Made by a program: the position numbers and the translations under genes. From Candidatus Binatia bacterium (GTDB lineage Bacteria; Desulfobacterota; Binatia; UBA9968; JAJDTQ01), in NCBI GenBank assembly GCA_963666515.2, contig OY762897.2:2176001-2240000 (forward strand): a stretch of 64,000 nt of DNA. The letters are read 5' to 3'. Of the stretch, positions 28,784-37,482 are shown in pieces (the stretch's first letter is position 1; every line of letters begins with the position of its first letter). The notes beneath the pieces are model-generated. The model made no database searches, was not told the DNA's origin, and saw only the letters and a list, made by a program, of their open reading frames with translations.

Positions 28784-28994
28784 TTGCGTCCCAGGAAACG
28801 CCGGTCGTCAGGATATCTCCCCGAATCTTGATCTTGTGTCGCAGGCTACCGATCAGATCAGCGCATTGCCGGTCGTAGGGGACCACCCGGGCGACAGGCT
28901 TGCCACGCTTCGTAACGATCAACCCTTCCGTGTCAAGGCTGTCCAGCAATGCCAGGCACTGCTCTTTGAACTTGGCGGCTCCAATCGTCTTCAT
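28770..28994 (-). CDS. Phd/YefM family antitoxin
   Basis: MKTIGAAKFK...VTKRGKPVARVVP; overlaps the PIN gene. Confidence 0.9.
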   Translation of the reverse strand: MKTIGAAKFKEQCLALLDSLDTEGLIVTKRGKPVARVVPYDRQCADLIGSLRHKIKIRGDILTTGVSWDANAQS

Positions 28995-29010
28995 TGTGTT
29001 CCTCCGCTAA

Positions 29011-29048
29011 ACTGGACACATTATATGACCAGTCACTCAATTTGTCTA
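29011..29048 (-). promoter_or_regulatory. Sigma70-like promoter with overlapping palindromic operator for the TA operon
   Basis: On the - strand TAGACA (29043-29048), 17 nt, TATAAT (29020-29025); imperfect inverted repeat ACTGGACA...TGACCAGT (29011-29033) covers the -10. Confidence 0.7.
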
Positions 29049-29088
29049 TGCTGACCGCCATTGATAGGCAAGTGGAAGCTGATGTTCA

Positions 29089-32000
29089 TCAGTTGATTCC
29101 CGCCTGTTCCGCTGCCTCCATGACCGCACCCGCCGTGATGGTAAACGCGAGCGACTCCCGTCCCTTGACCAGCAGCTTCGCGAACGGATCGCGTACCCTT
29201 ACCAGCCGAGGGTTGGGCGTGGCGCAGTCGAAGACCACGTAGAGCCAGTACCGACCCCGAAGGTTGCAGGCCCTGGACCACTCGTTTTCCTGCATCTCCA
29301 CGCTGCCGGTGCGCGCGCGGCCTTTGACTTCGATGGCTCGTTCTTCCCCGAGACGGCGGGATCTGAGATCGAAGCCCGGCCAATCGGTCAGGCCGGCGCG
29401 GCGTGCGAGTTCGGGGCGCGATACGTCGGCGACCTCGGCGCCGAAGCGCTCCTCGTAGGCAGTGGCCACCTGCATTGCGACGGCTTCCACGTCGGAGTCG
29501 TATCGCTCGGTCTCGCCGGTGTCCTGTACGGGCACCACGAGAGCGTGGGCGAGCAACTCGACCTCTCCGGCCTGGATGAGGTCCGGCTCGGCTTCCAACG
29601 CGGCCAACGCGCGGTTGCGGTGGCTTGTCAGGCTCCGCTGCCGTTCCTTGACTCTCGAAAGCTCGGCGTTGGCACGGGGGTCACCCGCGCGCGCCTTCTC
29701 CCCGAGACGCGCGCGGGCCGCGGTCAGCTCCGCGGCACGAAAGTCGAACCCGCGCTTGACGAAGTCGACGCGGGCGGGGAGGTCTTCCGTGCGACGCTGC
29801 CGGTGCGACTGGACAAGCCGGTCCAGCACGAACTCCCGTGCGTAAGTCACGGCATCCTGGACCATGCCGCGCGCCAGGGTCGCGAGGGGAACTCGGCTCG
29901 GCGCGAAGCCATGTGCGCCTCTGAGCAACAGCAGGTGCTCGACCGGACACTCCTCCACGGCGCCGTCGTTGGACTGGCGCAGCCCGGTAAGCCTCGACTC
30001 CAGAGTCTTCGAGGCTGACTGTTCGCGCTGTTCCACCGTCACCCGTGCGACGTGGAACAGGTACGGCTCGGTTGCATAAGGGTCGGTGAACACGGCGCCC
30101 CGAAGACCGTCCCGGCCGAAACGGTCCAGGACGGTAACCGACAGAGCGTCGAACAGCGGCTCGCCGGGGTGCAGCCAGACAGCGTCTTCACGGGTCGCCG
30201 GCTTGTAGACCGTAAGACGTTGCCGCGCAGGCTCGGCGTACCGTTCGAGGGCGGGCAGCAGCGGGTCGCCGGCGCCGGGACGGTCGGAAACGAATGCGAA
30301 GGTCGTTTCCGGATCGCCTTCGATACGGAGGTTCAGCAACGGCGCCACCTTTTCCACGAAACGGCGGACGTAGCCGGGCAGAAGCCGCCGGTAGTTCTCC
30401 TGCTCCGCCTCATCCTTGAGGTCGTCGAGTCTTCCGCGCACGTCCCCGCCCTGCCCGTAGAGCACACGCTCCCTTTCCTCCAGAGCCCGGACCTGCTCCT
30501 CGGTCAGGTGTCCCTCCAACTGCTGGACAACGGCTTCCGCATCGTCCGTGACAGCCTGCTCAAGGTAGTCCTTCATGGAGACGCCCTCGAACAGGCGGCC
30601 CACCACGTCGAACACCTTGTCGGACTGAAGCCTGCGGCGCATGGCCTCCAGCTTGTCGAGCAGCGTCTTGAGCACCCTGCCCTCGCGCGTGCCGCCGGCC
30701 ACCAGATTGACGATGACCACCGGATCGTGACGCTGGCCGTAGCGATGGATGCGGCCCATCCGCTGCTCCAGCCGCGCCGGGTTCCAGGGGATGTCGTAGT
30801 TGACCATGAGCCAGCAGAACTGCAGGTTGATCCCCTCACCCGCGGCATCCGTGGCCACCAGGTAGCTGGCTCCGCCTTCGGCCGCTGGCCGCCGGAAGAA
30901 CTCGACTTGCCGTTCCCGTTCCTGGTACGGCAGGCCGCCGTGGATCAGCGCGACGCGGCCGGTGAAGCCCAGACCTTCGAGGCGGCGCACTAGGAATTCC
31001 GCGGTGTCGCGGTGCTCGGTGAAGACGATGAACTTCTCGTCGGCGTAGCGAGGATCGCGGAGCACTTCGCGCAACTTCTCGAACTTGGACTCCTCGCCGG
31101 CATCGAAAAGCCGTCGCGCCTTGTCGAGCAACTCCTCGACCTTCAGACGCTCGGTCTCCAACTCCCCGAGAGTCACCGCGACCGTAGCGCCGAGCGCCTG
31201 GCTTTCGAACTCCTCGTGCTGCTCGCCCCGGTCCTCGATCGACGCATCCTCGTCCGCGGTGCGACTCTCGAAGACGTCCTCAATATCGTCCAGGTTCCGC
31301 TGAAGGCGGGCGAGCGCTTCCTCGGTGAGCCCCCCGTCCCGAATGTCTTCGATCAGCCCCTCGATCTTGTCCAACCGGCGCTCGAAAGACCGCATCAGGG
31401 CATACGTGGAGCTGGCCAAGCGCCGCTGGAAGACGCTCATGGCCAAGCGGGCCGCGGACCGGTTCAGCACCCGAGCCCGGTTGTAGTAGAAGCGGAGGTA
31501 CTCGGTCGCGTCGTCGTAGAGTTCCTGTTCACCTTCCCGCCCCTGAGACAGGTCGTAACTCAGCGTGTCGCAGTTGCGCTGCGGATACAGCGGAGCACCA
31601 TCAAGATGAACCAGCTCCTCCTTGGTCCGGCGGATGAAGTGCCTCGGCCGCGAATCGCGGGCAAACGCATCGAACGCGTCGCCGGTCGAGAGCGTGTCGG
31701 GAAGCAGCAGCCGCCACAGGAAGTAGTAGGGGTGGTCCTTGCCCATGTGCGGCGTTGCGGTCAGCAGCAACAGATGCTGAGCAGACCACGGTAGTCTCCA
31801 CCGGTCACCGTCCACCTCGGCGCCCGCCAATGCCTCCGCCAGCCGGTAACGGTCGGTCTTCCGCACCCGGAAGTCGGGCTGGCGATCCGCGGAGAGCTTG
31901 TGCGCTTCGTCGAAGACCACAAGGTCGTAAGGCTGCGTCGCCGCATCCTTGAGGCAACCGAACAGCCTTTCTCCGGCCAGGGTGTCGACGCTGACGATGA

Positions 32001-32661
32001 CGTGATCGCCCTCGGGACCGGCGAACGGGTTGCCTACGCGCGCATCCGCGCCGCTGACGATGCGGAACGGCAGGCGAAACAGCGTGCGCATCTCCCGCTC
32101 CCAGTTTCCCACCAGGCCGGCGGGCGGCACGATGAGCACGCGGCGGATGAGCCGCCGGGACAGCATCTCGCGTACGTACAGGCCCGTCATGATGGTCTTC
32201 CCCGCCCCTGCATCGTCGGCAAGCAGAAAGCGCAGGGGAGCTTGCCGCAGCATCTGCTCGTAGACGGCGATTCGCTGATGGGGAAGCGGGTCGATCAGTG
32301 AAGTCTCGGTGGCGAAAGCAGGGTTGAAGAGGTGACCGTAGGCAAGCCGATGCGCCTCGGCGACGGCGGAGACTGCGTCGGGGTTGGCGGAGAAGTCGAG
32401 GCTGGGCGGAGTCGTCGGACCGGCATCGTATTCGACTTCGGTCCCTTCCATCACGTGGTCGGGTTGGGTCTCGATCTCCGCGATTCGCCGCCATGCCAGC
32501 TTGTTTGGACGGGACTGCCCGTTCTCCCAGCGATTGACGGTGACGTAGGATACCCCGACAAGCTCCGCGAACTGCGTTTGCGTGAGACCCTTGACTCCCC
32601 GCACACGTCTGATTCGCTGCGGGAAGTCCTCGGCCAAGTCGGGGGATACGAGAGGCGACAT
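29089..32661 (-). CDS. SNF2-family helicase with N-terminal XRE HTH and C-terminal DUF3883 (PD-(D/E)XK-like) domain
   Basis: LTQTQFAELVGVSYVTVNRWENG HTH; LLADDAGAGKT, FDEAH, EQRMGRIHRYGQ helicase motifs; GFDLRS..IEVKGR. Confidence 0.9.
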   Translation of the reverse strand: MSPLVSPDLAEDFPQRIRRVRGVKGLTQTQFAELVGVSYVTVNRWENGQSRPNKLAWRRIAEIETQPDHVMEGTEVEYDAGPTTPPSLDFSANPDAVSAVAEAHRLAYGHLFNPAFATETSLIDPLPHQRIAVYEQMLRQAPLRFLLADDAGAGKTIMTGLYVREMLSRRLIRRVLIVPPAGLVGNWEREMRTLFRLPFRIVSGADARVGNPFAGPEGDHVIVSVDTLAGERLFGCLKDAATQPYDLVVFDEAHKLSADRQPDFRVRKTDRYRLAEALAGAEVDGDRWRLPWSAQHLLLLTATPHMGKDHPYYFLWRLLLPDTLSTGDAFDAFARDSRPRHFIRRTKEELVHLDGAPLYPQRNCDTLSYDLSQGREGEQELYDDATEYLRFYYNRARVLNRSAARLAMSVFQRRLASSTYALMRSFERRLDKIEGLIEDIRDGGLTEEALARLQRNLDDIEDVFESRTADEDASIEDRGEQHEEFESQALGATVAVTLGELETERLKVEELLDKARRLFDAGEESKFEKLREVLRDPRYADEKFIVFTEHRDTAEFLVRRLEGLGFTGRVALIHGGLPYQERERQVEFFRRPAAEGGASYLVATDAAGEGINLQFCWLMVNYDIPWNPARLEQRMGRIHRYGQRHDPVVIVNLVAGGTREGRVLKTLLDKLEAMRRRLQSDKVFDVVGRLFEGVSMKDYLEQAVTDDAEAVVQQLEGHLTEEQVRALEERERVLYGQGGDVRGRLDDLKDEAEQENYRRLLPGYVRRFVEKVAPLLNLRIEGDPETTFAFVSDRPGAGDPLLPALERYAEPARQRLTVYKPATREDAVWLHPGEPLFDALSVTVLDRFGRDGLRGAVFTDPYATEPYLFHVARVTVEQREQSASKTLESRLTGLRQSNDGAVEECPVEHLLLLRGAHGFAPSRVPLATLARGMVQDAVTYAREFVLDRLVQSHRQRRTEDLPARVDFVKRGFDFRAAELTAARARLGEKARAGDPRANAELSRVKERQRSLTSHRNRALAALEAEPDLIQAGEVELLAHALVVPVQDTGETERYDSDVEAVAMQVATAYEERFGAEVADVSRPELARRAGLTDWPGFDLRSRRLGEERAIEVKGRARTGSVEMQENEWSRACNLRGRYWLYVVFDCATPNPRLVRVRDPFAKLLVKGRESLAFTITAGAVMEAAEQAGIN

Positions 32662-32665
32662 ATGA

Positions 32666-32721
32666 CTATTGCACCACAGAACCGAGGACACGATATCGGA
32701 ATTATGTCTCGTGTGCAATAG
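32666..32721 (-). promoter_or_regulatory. Putative promoter and inverted repeat upstream of the defence operon
   Basis: - strand TTGCAC (32713-32718), 17 nt, TATCGT (32690-32695); perfect 9-bp inverted repeat CTATTGCAC (32666-32674) / GTGCAATAG (32713-32721); locally AT-rich. Confidence 0.5.
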
Positions 32722-32783
32722 CTTTCATCATATATCAAATTTTATAGTCGCTATTATTTTGACACGCTCCGATGGCCTACCCT

Positions 32784-33191
32784 TCACCCTTCCTTCCGCT
32801 TCGGCGGCGCGTAGAGCTGCAGCAGGTTGCCGTCGGGGTCGAAGAAGTAGAAGCCGCGGCCGGACCGGCGCTCCACCACCGGGACCTCGTGGATGCGGAC
32901 GCCGGCTTCGCGCATGCGTTCCTCGGCAGTGTCGAAGTCGTCGGCATCGACGTAGAAGGCTTGGTGGGTGACGCCGTCCTCGGCCAGGGCGTCCCGCTCG
33001 ATGGGCGTGGGGCGCTGGAACAGCACCACGATGCTCTTGCCGGACCGCATGTCGGCGCGGCCGAGGCCCCGGAGGTCATCGCGGGCGACGTTGGCCACTT
33101 CCATGCCCAGCACGTCCCGGTAGAAGGCCACCGCCCGGTCGATGTCATTGACGGGGATGCCGCTGTGATACATTCCCTTGGTCTTGATCAT
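32784..33191 (-). CDS. VOC family (glyoxalase/bleomycin resistance) protein
   Basis: H.GIPVNDIDRAVAFYRDVLG, YFFDPDGNLL motifs. Confidence 0.88.
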   Translation of the reverse strand: MIKTKGMYHSGIPVNDIDRAVAFYRDVLGMEVANVARDDLRGLGRADMRSGKSIVVLFQRPTPIERDALAEDGVTHQAFYVDADDFDTAEERMREAGVRIHEVPVVERRSGRGFYFFDPDGNLLQLYAPPKRKEG

Positions 33192-33310
33192 GTCCTGCCT
33201 CCTGTGCCTGAAGGGCTTGTTTCGCGCTCAATCGAAACCCGCGGGGAAACGTGCTATTCGAGAGTTTCCATCATCACCAATCAAACAACAGCAACCAGAG
33301 GATACCACCC

Positions 33311-34594
33311 ATGAACGACCTGTGCAGACTTTCCGCCAGCGAAGCCGTAGAACGCATCAACCGGGGTGAAGTCACCTCCGAGGAGCTGGTCCGTGCTTGC
33401 CTGGAGCGGATCGAGGAACGGGAGCCCCAGGTGGAAGCCTGGGTCCACCTGGACGCAGAGTACTCGCTCGCCCAGGCCCGCGAGCGCGACGCCGCGTCGG
33501 ACCGCGGACCGGTTCACGGCCTTCCGTTCGCCGTGAAGGATATCATGGACACCGCCGACATGCCCACGGGCTACGGCTCGCCCATCTGGGAGGGCTTCCG
33601 GCCACGGGCGGATGCCGCGTGCGTGGCGCTGACCCGGGCCGCGGGCGGCGTGCTGCTGGGCAAGACCGTGACTGCGGAGTTCGCCAGCCGCCATCCGGGC
33701 AAGACGATGAATCCGCACGATCCGGCCCACACTCCCGGCGGCTCGTCCAGCGGATCGGCCGCTGCGGTGGCCGATTTCATGGCGTTCATGGCCTTCGGCA
33801 CCCAGACCTTGGGGTCGGTGATCCGGCCGGCATCCTTCTGCGGCTGCGTGGCTTACAAGCCCACCTACGGCGAGATCAGCGCCGAGGGGGTCAAGGAGAA
33901 CACCGGCTCCTTCGACACGGTGGGGCTGTTCGGCCGGGCGGTGGAGGACCTGCCGCTGTTCCGGGCGGCGGTGACCGGCGAGCCGGTCCGACCGTTGGAC
34001 CCGGTTTCGGTCAAGGGGCTTCGGGTGGGGCTGTGCCGTACGCCGCTGTGGGACCGTGCGCAGAACTACACCAAGGCGCTGGTGGAGGGCGCCGCGGCCG
34101 AACTGGCCAAGGCCGGTGCGGCGGTGTCGGACCTCGACCTCGGCGGGCCGTTCGCCGACTTCGAGGCCATGGGCCGGCGTCTCAGCGACTACGAGATCTC
34201 TCGTGCGCTGACGTGGGAACGCACCCACCACTTCGACCTGCTGAGCGAGTACCAGCAGGGCAAGATGAAGGACTGGCCCGTGGTGTCCTACGAGGAATAC
34301 CGGGAGGCGGAACGGGTTATGACAGCGTGCCGGGCCTACCTGGACGAGGCCGCGAAGGAGCTTGACGTGCTGCTGACCCCGAGCGCGACCGGAGAGGCTC
34401 CCGTGGGTCTCGACAGCACCGGGGATACGTCGTTCAACATCCTCGCCACGTGGACACACGTGCCGTGCGTGACGCTGCCCCTCTTCAAGGGGCCTTCGGG
34501 CTTGCCCGTGGGGCTGCAACTGGTGGGGCGCCGTTGCCAGGACCACCGGCTGTTCGAGATCAGCCGCACGGTGCTCTCCGTGTTGTCCGGGTAG
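33311..34594 (+). CDS. Amidase (amidase-signature family)
   Basis: AVKD, PGGSSSGSAAAVA, GTQTLGSVIRPA motifs. Confidence 0.92.
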   Translation: MNDLCRLSASEAVERINRGEVTSEELVRACLERIEEREPQVEAWVHLDAEYSLAQARERDAASDRGPVHGLPFAVKDIMDTADMPTGYGSPIWEGFRPRADAACVALTRAAGGVLLGKTVTAEFASRHPGKTMNPHDPAHTPGGSSSGSAAAVADFMAFMAFGTQTLGSVIRPASFCGCVAYKPTYGEISAEGVKENTGSFDTVGLFGRAVEDLPLFRAAVTGEPVRPLDPVSVKGLRVGLCRTPLWDRAQNYTKALVEGAAAELAKAGAAVSDLDLGGPFADFEAMGRRLSDYEISRALTWERTHHFDLLSEYQQGKMKDWPVVSYEEYREAERVMTACRAYLDEAAKELDVLLTPSATGEAPVGLDSTGDTSFNILATWTHVPCVTLPLFKGPSGLPVGLQLVGRRCQDHRLFEISRTVLSVLSG

Positions 34595-34629
34595 GGCGCT
34601 CCTTCGGAAGAAACGGGAGTTGACGCGCC

Positions 34630-35496
34630 TTGTTCCGCCCATGGATACGGGGGCGCGTCGTCCTCGGCTTCGTCCCGGCTGTCCTGCTGATGAGCTATAC
34701 CGGCTTCATCGAGAACTTCTTCCTCTACCACCCGCTACGGGAGATCGAAGCCACCCCTGCGGACTACGGCGCACCCTTCCAGGACGTGCGCTTCCAGGCC
34801 GGGGACGGCGTCCGTCTGCACGGCTGGTACGTGGAACCCCCCGGTCCGGACCGCCCGGTGGTGCTCTGGGCGCACGGCAACGCGGGCAACCTCTCCCACC
34901 GGGCGGAGAACATCGCCATGATCCGCGAGGAACTCCGCGCGGGGGTCTTCCTGTTCGACTACCGGGGCTTCGGACGGAGCGAGGGACGGCCCGGGGAGCC
35001 GGGACTCTACGAGGATGCCCGGGGCGCATACGCTTGGCTGCGCCAAAGGGTGCCGCCGGAGCGGATATTCCTCTTCGGGCGCTCCATCGGCGCGGCCGTC
35101 ATGGTCCGCATCGCCGCGGAGGGTGCCGCGGCCCGCGGTCTGATACTCGAAGCACCCTTCGAGAGCCTGCTGGCCATGGGGAAGGAGGTCTTCCCTTTCC
35201 TTCCCGTGAGCTGGTTCGTTTCTTCCCGGAAGTTCGACAACGCAAGCTACCTTCCACAAGTAACAATGCCCGTCTTCATCCTTCACGGGGACGCTGACGA
35301 GATCGTCCCCCTCACTCAGGGGCGGCGGCTGTTCGAGTTGGCCAACCCGCCCAAGCGCTTCTACGTCATTCCCGGATCGGGGCACAACGACACGTATCTC
35401 GCGGGCGGAGAGCCGTACTGGGAAGCCTGGCGATCCTTCATGGCGAACCCGGAGCGTGGAACCCCGGAATCAACATCGGAACCGGAGGGCCGGTAG
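34630..35496 (+). CDS. Alpha/beta hydrolase
   Basis: HGNAGN, DYRGFG, GRSIG, HGDADEIVP, GHND motifs; start uncertain (alternative ATG 34690). Confidence 0.85.
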   Translation: MFRPWIRGRVVLGFVPAVLLMSYTGFIENFFLYHPLREIEATPADYGAPFQDVRFQAGDGVRLHGWYVEPPGPDRPVVLWAHGNAGNLSHRAENIAMIREELRAGVFLFDYRGFGRSEGRPGEPGLYEDARGAYAWLRQRVPPERIFLFGRSIGAAVMVRIAAEGAAARGLILEAPFESLLAMGKEVFPFLPVSWFVSSRKFDNASYLPQVTMPVFILHGDADEIVPLTQGRRLFELANPPKRFYVIPGSGHNDTYLAGGEPYWEAWRSFMANPERGTPESTSEPEGR

Positions 35497-35530
35497 CCGG
35501 AGCCGCGACCTTGCCCGGCTTGCCAGCGCT

Positions 35531-36856
35531 TCAGGGTTCGAACCGTTCTTGCGCGTCGAGCTTGCGCTGGAACTCCAGGTACTCGTCCCGGGTCATGCGC
35601 GGTTTGTCTTCCCTGAGGATCCGGCGCGCCGCCGCGGCGTCGTCGTGAAGCAGGTCGATGGCGGTCATGGCCAGGAGCTTGGCCGACTTCACGTAGACCG
35701 CATCCTGGTCGGTGAGCAGGTAGGCATTGGTGTGGCCGCCGCCGGAGGCGCCGGCGACGTAGGGCTGCACCGCCGGCATGATGTGCGCCAGGTCGCCGAA
35801 GTCGGTGCTGCTGGTGCGGTGCTCGGTGCCGAGCGCGAATTGGCCGGCGCCGAACACCTCCTCGGCGTTCTCGCCCCACAGGCGGGCCATGGATTCGTTG
35901 TTGGTCTGCGGCAGATAGCCCGGCACCGTCGTGATCTCCACCGTGGCGCCTATCGCCGTGGCCGCGCCCCGGAGTGCGTTGTCCACCTTGCGGTTGGCGT
36001 CGAGGATACCCTCCAGGGTCTTCCCGCGGATGAAGGTCTCCAGGGTCACCTCTGCCGGCACCACGCTCACCGCGTCGCCGCCCCGGGTGATGATGGGATG
36101 GATGCGGATGGTGTCGTCGTCGTAGAAGGTCTCGCGCTGGTAGGCGATGGCGGTCATGGCCAGAGACGCCGCGTTGAGGGCGTTGATGCCCTTCTGCGGG
36201 CTTCCGCCCGCGTGCGCGGCCCTGCCTATGAAGCGTATCTTCTTGATGATGGCGGCGTTGGACGATCGCGCCACGTGGGAGGCAAGAGTGTCGGTCTTGG
36301 TGTGGAACATCATCGCCAGGTCCACGTCGTCGAAGTGGCCGAGCCGGATCAGTTCCGCCTTACCCGACAGGAACTCGATCTCACCGCCGGCCTTGCGCGC
36401 CATGCGCTCGTCCACGTCGATCATCTCTTCGGCCGGGACCGCAAAGAACACCAGCGAGCCCGCGAGCTCCGGCAGCACGCCGGCGGACAGAAGCCCCATG
36501 GCCGCGCCCACCATGCCAGCCACCTGCGCGTTATGGCCGCAGGCATGGGCCGCGCCGGTCCGGGAGTCGGCATGAGGGTGGTCCGGCACCCGGAGCGCAT
36601 CCAGCTCCCCCATGATGGCCAGGGTGGGACCGGGGACGCCGCAGTCCATGCGGCCCTTGATGCCGGTGACGGCCAGGCCGCGCTGCGGCTCGATGCCGAG
36701 GCCCTGGAGCCCGGCGGCTACCAGGTCCGCGGTGTCGGTCTCGTTGAAGCCCGTCTCGGGGTTGCGCAGGATCGTCTCGCCAAGGTCGATGATCTCCTGA
36801 CTGCGGTCGTCGATGACCCGGCAGGCCCGGGCCTTGAGATCCTCCCTGGAGGTCAT
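35531..36856 (-). CDS. M20 family amidohydrolase/peptidase
   Basis: NPETGFNE, GELDAL, HACGH, PAEE, STDFG motifs. Confidence 0.88.
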   Translation of the reverse strand: MTSREDLKARACRVIDDRSQEIIDLGETILRNPETGFNETDTADLVAAGLQGLGIEPQRGLAVTGIKGRMDCGVPGPTLAIMGELDALRVPDHPHADSRTGAAHACGHNAQVAGMVGAAMGLLSAGVLPELAGSLVFFAVPAEEMIDVDERMARKAGGEIEFLSGKAELIRLGHFDDVDLAMMFHTKTDTLASHVARSSNAAIIKKIRFIGRAAHAGGSPQKGINALNAASLAMTAIAYQRETFYDDDTIRIHPIITRGGDAVSVVPAEVTLETFIRGKTLEGILDANRKVDNALRGAATAIGATVEITTVPGYLPQTNNESMARLWGENAEEVFGAGQFALGTEHRTSSTDFGDLAHIMPAVQPYVAGASGGGHTNAYLLTDQDAVYVKSAKLLAMTAIDLLHDDAAAARRILREDKPRMTRDEYLEFQRKLDAQERFEP

Positions 36857-36889
36857 GGGTTTCCTTCCTTCACCGACAAGCGGTTCGCC

Positions 36890-37372
36890 CTAGCCCTGCC
36901 GGAGCGCATCTTCCAGCAGTTGCAGGGCGGCCTTGGTGAAGGCCCACATGTTGGCTTCGCGGTCCGCGTCGCCGGTCTCGATGGTGATGGCCTTCTCCAC
37001 CGGCCCGACGACGGCCATGCAACTGTGGCCGGCGGCGTCGCCGTAGCGGTTCCCGGTGGGGCCGGTGGCGCCGCTTTCCGAGAGGCCCCAGGTGGTGTTC
37101 AGCCGTCCCTGGATCAGCCGCGCCGCGTTGAGCGCGTACGGCTCCGTGCTGCCTCGCACCGTTACCTCGCTCTCGGGCATCATCAGCAGGCCGGCGCGGG
37201 CATGCCGGGTGTAGATGACGCCCCCGCCCACGAAATAGGCCGAGGCGCCGGGCAGCGACAGCAGCGCCGCGGAGATCAAGCCGCCGGTGGAGGACTCGGC
37301 CACCGCCACGGTCTCGTTCCTCTCCTTGAGCAGTTCGCCGACGGTACGTCCGAGGGTTATCAGGTCGGGCAT
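36890..37372 (-). CDS. CinA C-terminal / NMN deamidase (PncC) family protein
   Basis: VAVAESSTGGLI...PGASAYF motif. Confidence 0.82.
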   Translation of the reverse strand: MPDLITLGRTVGELLKERNETVAVAESSTGGLISAALLSLPGASAYFVGGGVIYTRHARAGLLMMPESEVTVRGSTEPYALNAARLIQGRLNTTWGLSESGATGPTGNRYGDAAGHSCMAVVGPVEKAITIETGDADREANMWAFTKAALQLLEDALRQG

Positions 37373-37385
37373 GGTCTCTCCTCTC

Positions 37386-37414
37386 CTGGATTCCGGCTTT
37401 CGCCGGAATGACGG
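37386..37414. repeat. REP-like palindromic repeat
   Basis: Identical core to 3210-3238. Confidence 0.9.
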
Positions 37415-37482
37415 ATGCGAAGCGTCATTGTCTCATTCACCTGCCACAGGCCTTCCATATCGGCGGGATTAGTTCCAGGCGG

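Noticed and set aside
9821-32770. Integron, prophage or ICE explanation for the island
   Set aside because: No integrase, transposase, phage genes, tRNA target or repeated attC-like sites were seen.
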